Positions 9,274 to 17,709 of a stretch of DNA of 49,348 bases are shown piece after piece. The stretch's first letter is position 1. Every line of letters starts with the position of its first letter. The notes under the pieces were generated by a model. The model saw only the letters and a list, made by a program, of their open reading frames with translations, had not been told where the DNA came from and made no database searches. The stretch comes from a virus (lineage: Duplodnaviria; Heunggongvirae; Uroviricota; Caudoviricetes): the IMG/VR virus record IMGVR_UViG_3300005831_000057. The stretch is one strand, 5' to 3'. The position numbers were made by a program, and so were the translations under genes.

Positions 9274-10053
9274 ATGATTAATACGATTTTTAACGAAGAC
9301 TGTTTTATCACTATGAAAAAAATGATTGACACAACAAGCAAAGTTGATTTAATTTTAACATCCCCACCATATAATACTGGAAGAGTAACTCAAACACAGA
9401 GAAGCATTGATAATTACGAGAATAGATACGATATTCATTTAGACAACATGGGTGAAGAAGAGTATTTAGACTGGAGTGTTAATCTATTTAGTTGTTATGA
9501 TTCTATACTACAAGATAATGGAGTTGTGTTATACAATATGTCGTACGGAAATGAGAATCCAAACATTATGTGGCTTACTGTCGCTAAGATTATACAAAAT
9601 ACTGATTTTATGATAGCAGACAGCATAGTTTGGAAGAAGAGGTCAGCACTTCCTAATAATGTCAGCCATAACAAACTTACGCGTATTACGGAATATATTT
9701 TTGTATTTTGTAGAAAAAGTGAATATAAAACATTTAATGCGAATAAAAAAGTGAAAAGCGTAGCAAATACTAGTCAGAAATTTTATGAAAATATTTACAA
9801 CTTTATAGAAGCTAAGAATAATGATGGAAGTTGCAAGTTGAATAAAGCTACTTTTTCTACCGATTTAGTGATTAAGTTGCTGAACATTTACGCAACAAAT
9901 CAAAGTATCGTGTACGACAGTTTTATGGGAACTGGAACTACAGCTAAAGCTTGTGAGGAGTTCGGATGTAAATATATTGGTTCTGAGTTATCAGAGAAAC
10001 AAGTAGAGTTTGCTAATAATAGAATAAATAAAACAAAAAAGGAGATTATTTAA
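9274..10053 (+). CDS. Orphan DNA amino-methyltransferase (N4-cytosine/N6-adenine, beta-type motif order)
   Basis: Catalytic TSPPY near the N-terminus and SAM-binding DSFMGTGTT near the C-terminus; no restriction gene adjacent. Confidence 0.9.
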   Translation: MINTIFNEDCFITMKKMIDTTSKVDLILTSPPYNTGRVTQTQRSIDNYENRYDIHLDNMGEEEYLDWSVNLFSCYDSILQDNGVVLYNMSYGNENPNIMWLTVAKIIQNTDFMIADSIVWKKRSALPNNVSHNKLTRITEYIFVFCRKSEYKTFNANKKVKSVANTSQKFYENIYNFIEAKNNDGSCKLNKATFSTDLVIKLLNIYATNQSIVYDSFMGTGTTAKACEEFGCKYIGSELSEKQVEFANNRINKTKKEII

Positions 10054-10491
10054 ATGAAAATACATGAATTAGAATTGGGTAAAGTATATAGAATCGAAGG
10101 AGAATATGAAAAGTATTCGTATTTTATCGACAGTTCAAATAAATTATGTCAGAAGAATGTAGACGATTGTTGTACTCTGTTTAGTCCGTTACAGTATAAT
10201 GAGGTTGTTGTAGCTAATTTTATCGAAGTTAAGCATTATTCAGAAGAGTTTAAGCAGTTTTTAAGATTAATAAATACAGAGTTTAAATATGTAACAGTGG
10301 ACAGTGACGGATCAATGTCTATTTACCACGAAAGACCAATGGTAGGCGTACATGGAGGAGACTATTATTATGGCGAAAGAGGGGATGGTTTACCAATCGG
10401 ATGTCGTGAAAATTTTAAAGGTGAGTTTCCAAAGTTCGAAGATGGAATTATCGAGATTGAAGATGTTTTAAAAAACGAGAAAGGAGATTAA
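10054..10491 (+). CDS. Paralog family member 7
   Basis: MKIHELELGKVY...FKYVTVDSDGSMSIY. Confidence 0.8.
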   Translation: MKIHELELGKVYRIEGEYEKYSYFIDSSNKLCQKNVDDCCTLFSPLQYNEVVVANFIEVKHYSEEFKQFLRLINTEFKYVTVDSDGSMSIYHERPMVGVHGGDYYYGERGDGLPIGCRENFKGEFPKFEDGIIEIEDVLKNEKGD

Positions 10492-10492
10492 T

Positions 10493-10936
10493 TTGGATAG
10501 AATAACAAGTTTATGTAATAATAATACTAAGGCTGAATTGGCAGAAAAGATTTGTATACTAGAACATAACAACAAAGCACTAGAAGATACGATAGGCCAA
10601 CAATATAAAAATATAATGAAAGTGTTTAATAAATCAAGGATAATTGGAAACGAATTAGCAGAATTGATTATTAATGAGTATCTTTATATAGTGAAAGATG
10701 AAGATAGTGAATTATATGCGTACACGAAAACTCCTGTAAGAATAGGCAATAAGTGGGAAAGAGGATATGTTGGGACACGCAAACATTTATACGAAAATAA
10801 ATATCTTTACATTAAGGATCAGATGTGTTATAATGAATTATACAAAATAATAGACTTGAAAGAAGATATAAATATTTTTTTGAATAAACAAGAAGGAGAC
10901 TCAGATGAAGAAGATAGTTATAAAATACCACGATGA
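10493..10936 (+). CDS. Hypothetical protein carrying the C-terminal module of the paralog family
   Basis: Coiled-coil-like N-terminus, then YLYIVKDEDSELYAYTKTP. Confidence 0.7.
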   Translation: MDRITSLCNNNTKAELAEKICILEHNNKALEDTIGQQYKNIMKVFNKSRIIGNELAELIINEYLYIVKDEDSELYAYTKTPVRIGNKWERGYVGTRKHLYENKYLYIKDQMCYNELYKIIDLKEDINIFLNKQEGDSDEEDSYKIPR

Positions 10937-11285
10937 CGATTTGGGAAATATTGGAAAAATAAAGATTGGAGATTGGGTAGATTCAAGAGCTGAGGAAGAT
11001 ATATGTATTAGTCAAGGATTCTGTAATCTTATACCGCTAGACGTATCAATGAAGTTGCCAAAGGGATATGAAGTTAGTGTAATTCCATTAAATAGCGATT
11101 TTAGAGGGTATGGAATTGCTAGACGCGGAATTGCTGGGCAGCTCGCTACAAAATGGTATCTTATGACATTTGCTGCTGAAGATATTAAAATACTTAAAGG
11201 CGAAAAAGTTTGTCAGGTTGGTATTGTAAAAAGTAAACCATGTATTGGATTTATTAAAAAAAGATTAATGTCAAACAAACGCTAA
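10905..11285 (+). CDS. Degenerate trimeric dUTPase-like protein
   Basis: Resembles Firmicutes phage dUTPases (IKY...GDWVD.RA...LIPL.V.M.LP.GYE...I.KG...CQ), but motif 2 (RSS) and the motif 3 catalytic Asp are absent. Confidence 0.65.
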   Translation: MKKIVIKYHDDDLGNIGKIKIGDWVDSRAEEDICISQGFCNLIPLDVSMKLPKGYEVSVIPLNSDFRGYGIARRGIAGQLATKWYLMTFAAEDIKILKGEKVCQVGIVKSKPCIGFIKKRLMSNKR

Positions 11286-11365
11286 TTAAAGGTGGCTAAG
11301 TCGACAATAAAATGTTATACTAGTCTCTAAAATAAGTTTAGTAAAAACAGAAAAGAGGATATTAT

Positions 11366-11788
11366 ATGCCGAAGTTAAAAGAATTTTTTCAAGTAGAAGA
11401 AGATGTTGAATTTTTTATTAATGAAGATGACTATACCCGTTATAGAGTGCATGATAACATATTGCAGTTTTATTATAAAGAAGAATGGACACATTCTGGT
11501 CATTTGATTAACAATATAAAAAACATAAAAATCATGCCTAATTTTACATCGGAAGAATTAGCTATAATGCGAAGTATAGAAAAATGTTACAAGTACCTGT
11601 TTAGGGATGGCAACGGAGATTTATTTATAAGTGTATTCGAGCCGACAAAAAGTCATAGCGAAAAAGAATGGGTTGCTATAGAATGTATGTCGCTTAATAT
11701 GTTTAGTCACATTTTTAAAAGTTGTAAATATGAAGATGATATGCCAATCGAAATCGATAAATATGTAGATAGAGATGATTGTCAATAA
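11366..11788 (+). CDS. Paralog family member 8 (divergent)
   Basis: YKYLFRDGNGDLFISVFEP module; same two-part layout. Confidence 0.7.
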   Translation: MPKLKEFFQVEEDVEFFINEDDYTRYRVHDNILQFYYKEEWTHSGHLINNIKNIKIMPNFTSEELAIMRSIEKCYKYLFRDGNGDLFISVFEPTKSHSEKEWVAIECMSLNMFSHIFKSCKYEDDMPIEIDKYVDRDDCQ

Positions 11789-11809
11789 AATAGAAAGGAG
11801 GAATATAAA

Positions 11810-12022
11810 ATGAGTGATAAAGAAATTATTCAAAAACTAAAAGATGAAGTAATGGAGAATTATAACAGTTCTCATTGCGAATATACCGACGAAAGATCTT
11901 GTGGTAATTATTCTGATTGTTTCGAAGACGGAGTTGATCAAGGAAGTTCATCTGTGTGGTATGTAGTTGGTAAAATTATAGGGATGGAATTAGAAGAACC
12001 AGATTTTGACGATGAATACTAA
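11810..12022 (+). CDS. Hypothetical acidic protein
   Basis: AAAGGAGG RBS, 70 aa. Confidence 0.75.
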   Translation: MSDKEIIQKLKDEVMENYNSSHCEYTDERSCGNYSDCFEDGVDQGSSSVWYVVGKIIGMELEEPDFDDEY

Positions 12023-12041
12023 ATAAAAAGGAGGAGTGAAT

Positions 12042-14750
12042 TTGGCATTAAATAAACAGATATACATATATTCTGTAGATACTGGATGTTTCTATAATAG
12101 TATAGAGTCTGAACATCATAAAAAAATGATTAGATATAGCCGATATAAAAGAATTTTAAAGCAGCTAGACACGTCAAGTTATACAGAAGATAAAAAGCAT
12201 AAATACAAATCATTGTGTACGTTTGTAAATAATAAAATAAGAGAAAACAAAGATAATTTAAAGGCTTCACTTATCGAGAATGTAGAAATAAGAACATTAA
12301 ACGACGAGCTGCTAAATAGCAAAATGGTTATATCTGTATTCGAATCTTCGCTTACTAGAATTATAAAAATAGATACTGGAGAGCTGTCAGAGGATATAGT
12401 TGTAGTTCATTCATTTTTCTATTCAGTGTTTGAGCAAGTGGTTAAAAATGGTTTTATGTTTCGTGGGGAAAAATATGTATATTTAACATCTAGCGCTGGA
12501 CAGATAAGGCTTAAAAAAGGGGTGTTTATAAAAGAAAGCATATTAAGTACTATTAGCAAAACTTTAATGTGTGGACTTACGATAGACGTTATAAACTCCT
12601 ATGGCGGAATGAATGTTAATAAATTTTTGGCTTATCTTGCGTTGTCGAATTCTGCTACAGATATATATAAAGGATTTAACATAGACAGATGTATAGTTGT
12701 TGACGATTTCGAAACTTCTATAAATGGACAGGTTGATCATATTGATGATATTACGTATGAGATAAATAGAGTTACTATGGACGTACCAGTAGCTCATACA
12801 GATGGATGTGGAATGATTTTGCCAACTCTAAGTAATAAGAATTTTATGATTAGACTTCCTTGGATGAAAGGGTTGTTAGCGTCGTTTGATTACGTTAAGT
12901 TTATAAGAGAGAAAAAGTGCAGTCCAATAATAAAGGATATTTATGGCAAAGAATGGGATGTAGTAAAAGATAAGATAAGTATAATATTTACAAAAAGCCA
13001 ATTCAAAATGCATGGATATTATAAAGATTGGGAAGAGTATAAGAGTTATTTTAAAGAGTTTAATTGCCAAGCTGGAATATGTAATGTCGAAGATGATTAT
13101 TTTACAAATGCTACAATAAACTATCAGATGATGCAGACACTAACAGATATAACCGATGACGAAATTGACAAGATTACAAGTAAGTCACTAGATAGGCTTA
13201 ATAAAATCGCAAGCGACAAAGATACTATGCTTAAGGTTTTTGGAGTTAGTAAAAATATTCATAATTGTAGTAATAACTACGAAAATAGCAATCTTCAAAA
13301 TAGTTTAATGATATATCCAGAGTTGTTAAGGGATGAATACTGTAAGAAGGTGCTCGTACAGATAAAGAAGAGCATGGTTAATAAATATAGGTCGGCAAAA
13401 ATAGATGTTAATTGCAAATACACATTTATACTTCCAGATTTATATGCATTTTGTGAACATTTGTTCTGTGGAATATCGAACCCAAAAGGATTAATAAATG
13501 ATGGAAATGTATTTTGTAGATTATTTGATTATGGCAAAAAATTAGATTGTCTTAGGTCGCCTCATCTATATATCGAACATGCAATAAGAAATAATGTTAC
13601 AGACAAAGAATTATGCAGATGGTTTAAGACTAAAGCTTTATACACAAGTTCGCATGATTTAATTTCCAAAATATTACAATTTGATGTAGATGGCGACATG
13701 GCTTTGGTGGTAGACGAAGATGAATTTGTTAAAGTAGCTGAAAGAAATGTAAAAAAATATGATGTAGTACCATTGTATTACAATATGAAAAAAGCTAATC
13801 CATGTAGTATTAATGGAAGCAGTTTGTGGAATGGATTAAATAATGCCTTTAGCGGTGGTAATATAGGATTGTATAGCAACGATATATCAAAAGTATTTAA
13901 TAGCGATGTTTTTATAAATGGAAGTGACGAAGAAAAAAGATTAGCACTAGACGTGGTTAAGATTTTATGCATGGAGTCGAATTACGTAATAGATTATGCC
14001 AAAACTTTATATAAACCTACAAGACCAGAAAATATCGACACTATAGTAAAATCGTACACAAAAAGTAAAGTTCCTAGATTCTTTGTATATGCTAAAAATA
14101 AAGAGATCCACCAAACAACCTTAATGAATGATAGTGTTGTAAATAAGTTAAGTGCAGTATTTAAAAATACACAAACAAGATTTAAGATGGAAAATTTTGG
14201 AACTTTCGACTATAGAAATCTTATGAGCGACAAAAATGTAAGTTTAGATAGCAACGTTACTGAATTATTCACTAAAATAAATAATAGCTATCATTTCGAT
14301 TTAAATAGTAAAAATAAAGATGATAACAAACATGTGATTAATAGTATTAAGAATAAATTGGAAGAATTTGGATATTCTGAAACAAAAGTATCGGATATGA
14401 TTGTTAAGTATATGCATCATAAAAGAAAGACTCCGTCAAAAGAGCTGATGTGGCAGTGTTATGGACATATAATACTTGAAAATCTTAAAAGAAATATAGT
14501 AGAAGGAAGTAAACAATGTAGAAAATGTGGGGAAAGATTTATTCCTAAGTTTTCGAACGAAAGTTTGTGTGACAGATGTGATATACATGTTGTCGTAGAA
14601 ACTAAAGTTATAAAGTGTGTTGGTTGCGAAAAAGAATTAATAATAAAAGCATGGGATATGAAAACTTGTAGATGCGAAGAGTGTAAAAAAATACATAGAG
14701 TTAATTATCAGAGAGATCTTATGCGAAAAAGAAGTAAAAATTTAGCTTAA
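12042..14750 (+). CDS. yonO: YonO-like single-subunit phage RNA polymerase with a C-terminal Cys-rich extension
   Basis: Catalytic LQFDVDGD, TDGCG and RSPH motifs; NKQIYIYSVDT N-terminus; position immediately before the late genes as in SPbeta. Start TTG 12042 chosen from RBS spacing. Confidence 0.88.
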   Translation: MALNKQIYIYSVDTGCFYNSIESEHHKKMIRYSRYKRILKQLDTSSYTEDKKHKYKSLCTFVNNKIRENKDNLKASLIENVEIRTLNDELLNSKMVISVFESSLTRIIKIDTGELSEDIVVVHSFFYSVFEQVVKNGFMFRGEKYVYLTSSAGQIRLKKGVFIKESILSTISKTLMCGLTIDVINSYGGMNVNKFLAYLALSNSATDIYKGFNIDRCIVVDDFETSINGQVDHIDDITYEINRVTMDVPVAHTDGCGMILPTLSNKNFMIRLPWMKGLLASFDYVKFIREKKCSPIIKDIYGKEWDVVKDKISIIFTKSQFKMHGYYKDWEEYKSYFKEFNCQAGICNVEDDYFTNATINYQMMQTLTDITDDEIDKITSKSLDRLNKIASDKDTMLKVFGVSKNIHNCSNNYENSNLQNSLMIYPELLRDEYCKKVLVQIKKSMVNKYRSAKIDVNCKYTFILPDLYAFCEHLFCGISNPKGLINDGNVFCRLFDYGKKLDCLRSPHLYIEHAIRNNVTDKELCRWFKTKALYTSSHDLISKILQFDVDGDMALVVDEDEFVKVAERNVKKYDVVPLYYNMKKANPCSINGSSLWNGLNNAFSGGNIGLYSNDISKVFNSDVFINGSDEEKRLALDVVKILCMESNYVIDYAKTLYKPTRPENIDTIVKSYTKSKVPRFFVYAKNKEIHQTTLMNDSVVNKLSAVFKNTQTRFKMENFGTFDYRNLMSDKNVSLDSNVTELFTKINNSYHFDLNSKNKDDNKHVINSIKNKLEEFGYSETKVSDMIVKYMHHKRKTPSKELMWQCYGHIILENLKRNIVEGSKQCRKCGERFIPKFSNESLCDRCDIHVVVETKVIKCVGCEKELIIKAWDMKTCRCEECKKIHRVNYQRDLMRKRSKNLA

Positions 14751-15078
14751 GCTTTTCATGTCAAAACCCACAAACCCTTATAAATACTAGCTTTCTTATG
14801 TACTCGATCGATTTTTTAGACATAAAAAAGCCTTTAAACCCTTATAAACACTAGCTTTTTTGACGTTTTTAAACTTTTAGCTACATAGGAAACAATAAAA
14901 CTAATATACAAATAATACGTAAGTATGGGTAGCTGGTCTATCTCATCCCCCAAAATAATATCCGAATAATTCTAATTTAATTATAATATATTATTAATAG
15001 TTTGCTTGTCCTATTAAAAAAAGATAAGCCAACGTAGAAAATGCGGACTTCGTAAATATCCGCTAAACTTAAAAATAA

Positions 15079-15304
15079 TTAGATGCAAACAGCAATCATA
15101 CAAGAGTTAGCCGTTTGAGCCAATTTAAAATAGTATCTAGTATTATATAACACGTTAAGATATCCACAGCAACATTAAAATCATATAGGATGAAAAATAT
15201 GATATCTTGTAGTGTAAAGTATTTAGGTGTCAGCAGCAATTATAAGATTTTCTAAAGTCTTGACTATACATTTATGCATAGTTTAGCAAATCAACGACAC
15301 CTAG
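15079..15304 (+). ncRNA. Three tandem copies of a structured RNA motif: closing stem, CAGCAA, variable interior
   Basis: Stems TTAGATGC/GTATCTAG, TAAGATATC/GATATCTTG and TTAGGTGTC/GACACCTAG, each followed by CAGCAA after 2-3 nt. Confidence 0.65.
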
Positions 15305-15310
15305 TAATAA

Positions 15311-15382
15311 TACCTCGTAGCTCAATGGTAGAGCGTCAAGCTGTTAACTTGGATGTTACAGGTTCGAGTCCTGTCGTGGTAG
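15311..15382 (+). tRNA. tRNA-Asn (GTT), CCA not encoded
   Basis: Full cloverleaf: D arm GCTC/GAGC, anticodon loop CTGTTAA, T loop TTCGAGT; one U-U mismatch in the acceptor stem. Confidence 0.92.
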
Positions 15383-15441
15383 TTTGTTTTGGCTATATTT
15401 TATAAGTATTATGCAACGGTCTTATATAAATATACCAACAT

Positions 15442-15514
15442 GCCTAAATAGCTCAATTGGCAGAGTAATGCTCTTGTAAAGCATAGGTTAACAGTTCAAT
15501 TCTGTTTTTAGGCT
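15442..15514 (+). tRNA. tRNA-Thr (TGT), CCA not encoded
   Basis: Acceptor GCCTAAA/TTTAGGC, anticodon stem ATGCT/AGCAT with loop CTTGTAA, T loop TTCAATT. Confidence 0.92.
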
Positions 15515-15561
15515 TAATCAATTAGTTGTATAATAAAAAATAATTTAAAGGAGATGATATT

Positions 15562-15750
15562 TTGGCAAAAGTAAGTAAAAGTCTTTCGTTTAAAAATGCT
15601 ACAATTTCATTAAATGGGGAAACCTTGGTAATAAAAGAATATGACAAGAACGACGATTATGAAGAGTATGACTTATTAAAAGTTTTAAGTGAGTGGATTG
15701 ATGTTTATGGAGTTTCTATAACTGTAAAGCATAATTCAGATCTAGTATAA
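15562..15750 (+). CDS. YonK-like small protein
   Basis: Size, position and the EYDL.KVL.E....VSITVK pattern. Confidence 0.6.
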   Translation: MAKVSKSLSFKNATISLNGETLVIKEYDKNDDYEEYDLLKVLSEWIDVYGVSITVKHNSDLV

Positions 15751-15770
15751 AATAGTTTAATGGAGGATTT

Positions 15771-16946
15771 ATGGAGATAAAAAGAGTTGATGGAGAAAGC
15801 TATGTAAAGTTTATAAAAAGAATAATTTCTTTGGTGGAACAAAAAACGATAAACTATAACGAAATGGGTGACGCACTTCTTGGAGAAGATAATGTGTATT
15901 CGTCAGATAATTTAAGAAAGTCGTTTTACGTATTGAAGAAGTTGTCAGAAAAAATCGAAGATGATTATGTAGTTACAGATTTCGAAATGGATAATATTTT
16001 AACACAAAAGAAACATGAAGTTATAAAAGAAACTATAAAAATGCGTGATGAACGTAATGAATTAAATAAGAAGCTGCGAGAACAAAGCAGAAAAGAATCT
16101 TTGGTTGAATTGTTTAAAGATATAATTAATGGTTCTGATTGCGAAGGTTTAAGTTATACGCCAAATGTAATAAGCAGTAGCGATAATGATTTAGTTGTGC
16201 ATCTTACAGATATTCATACTGGCATAGAGATAGATAATTTCGCAAACCAATTTAATGAATTTATTTTGAAAGATAGGCTCGCAAGATATATAGATAAGAT
16301 ATTAGAAATACAAAAAAGACATAATTCTAAGGATTGCTATTTAATAGTTTCAGAAGTCCTTTCTGGGATTATACATGAGAATCTAAGAATAGAAAATAAT
16401 ATGAATGTAATACAACAGTTCAAAGTGGCATCTACTTACATTTGCGACTTCATAAAAGAACTTGGCAGTGTATTTGAAAATGTTCATGTTCATACAGTAA
16501 TTGGAAATCATTCAAGAATAACCGCAGACAAGAAAAAGTCTGTAATTGGTGAAAACTTGGATTTTTTAATACCTTATTATGGAAGATCTAAACTGCAAAA
16601 CTTTACAAATATAATCTTTTACGACAATGACATCGAGGAAACTATTTCATGTTTTCATGTAAGAGATAATTTTATAGTTGCGTCACATGGTGATAGAGAT
16701 TGTGCTAATAGAGTTGTGCAAAATATGTCAATGATGCTAAAACAACAGCCTTCAATAGTGTATCTTGGTCACAGACATACAAATGGATACTCAACGGTAT
16801 ACGATACTAAAGTTGTAGAATCTGGGTGTATGAGTGGAACTGATACTTTTGCTATTGGATATAGAATGAGAAATAAGGCAGAGCAAACCGTATCTGTGGT
16901 TAATAACGAAGGATTAGAATGTGTATACGATATAACATTGCAGTAA
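15771..16946 (+). CDS. Calcineurin-like metallophosphoesterase (YonJ-like)
   Basis: HLTDIH, GNH, HGD and GHRH motifs. Confidence 0.85.
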   Translation: MEIKRVDGESYVKFIKRIISLVEQKTINYNEMGDALLGEDNVYSSDNLRKSFYVLKKLSEKIEDDYVVTDFEMDNILTQKKHEVIKETIKMRDERNELNKKLREQSRKESLVELFKDIINGSDCEGLSYTPNVISSSDNDLVVHLTDIHTGIEIDNFANQFNEFILKDRLARYIDKILEIQKRHNSKDCYLIVSEVLSGIIHENLRIENNMNVIQQFKVASTYICDFIKELGSVFENVHVHTVIGNHSRITADKKKSVIGENLDFLIPYYGRSKLQNFTNIIFYDNDIEETISCFHVRDNFIVASHGDRDCANRVVQNMSMMLKQQPSIVYLGHRHTNGYSTVYDTKVVESGCMSGTDTFAIGYRMRNKAEQTVSVVNNEGLECVYDITLQ

Positions 16947-17022
16947 TATATAGGATGTAAAACGTGCATCGTAAGTGGTTGTATAATTGTTTATGGTGTA
17001 CGAAATCCGACAAGGAGATATT

Positions 17023-17226
17023 ATGGATGAATATAAAACTACAATATGTTTAGGCAATCGTGACGTTGACAATTTATTAAATAATCAATCGGCATCAAAT
17101 CGCAGACCATATGAAGATATTTTTGGTAAAATGCGTGATCTTACGAACGAAGAGTATGAAGAAAGTCGTAAATCGCTAGATGATATATCAGAATTTATTG
17201 GAGTAAATTTCTTCGACTTGTGTTAA
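17023..17226 (+). CDS. Hypothetical protein
   Basis: AAGGAG RBS before ATG 17023. Confidence 0.65.
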   Translation: MDEYKTTICLGNRDVDNLLNNQSASNRRPYEDIFGKMRDLTNEEYEESRKSLDDISEFIGVNFFDLC

Positions 17227-17252
17227 TGCATGTATTAATTAAAGGAGATGTT

Positions 17253-17696
17253 ATGACTAAAAAAGAAAAGTTAATAGAAGAATACAATAAGCTAAAAGAA
17301 GATAATATAATTAGTATACACATGTTTTTAAAAGTTCATGGAACTGACGAAACAATAATATCTACAAGTGTAGGACAAAAGATTGATTTTATAAAAGATA
17401 CATATGACGACGACTTGAAAAAGAATTTTGACAAAGAAATAGAAATATTGGACGTCACATTTATGATAAATGGGATATTGTCATTTGGAGAGGCACTAGG
17501 GCATCTTGAATGGGGAAAAGGAATTAGACTTAAGTCTTGGAATAAAGAAACTGTAATAAAATTGCAAATTCCAGATTGTAACAGTAAGATGACCGCAAAC
17601 TATTTATATGTAGATAGTTTAAAAGGCAGAGTTCCGTGGATTCCTAATATGATTGAAATACTTAGCGATGAATGGGAAGTCGTGGCAATAGTTTAA
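17253..17696 (+). CDS. DUF2829/Tad2-like anti-defence protein with an extra N-terminal domain
   Basis: C-terminal LSFGEAL..L..GK..RL.SWN...VPW.P...EIL.DEWEVV pattern. Confidence 0.7.
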   Translation: MTKKEKLIEEYNKLKEDNIISIHMFLKVHGTDETIISTSVGQKIDFIKDTYDDDLKKNFDKEIEILDVTFMINGILSFGEALGHLEWGKGIRLKSWNKETVIKLQIPDCNSKMTANYLYVDSLKGRVPWIPNMIEILSDEWEVVAIV

Positions 17697-17709
17697 TTGG
17701 AGGAAATAT

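Noticed and set aside
15383-15441. HDV-like (theta) ribozyme downstream of the tRNAs
   Set aside because: Only an AT-rich hairpin is present; no nested pseudoknot pattern.
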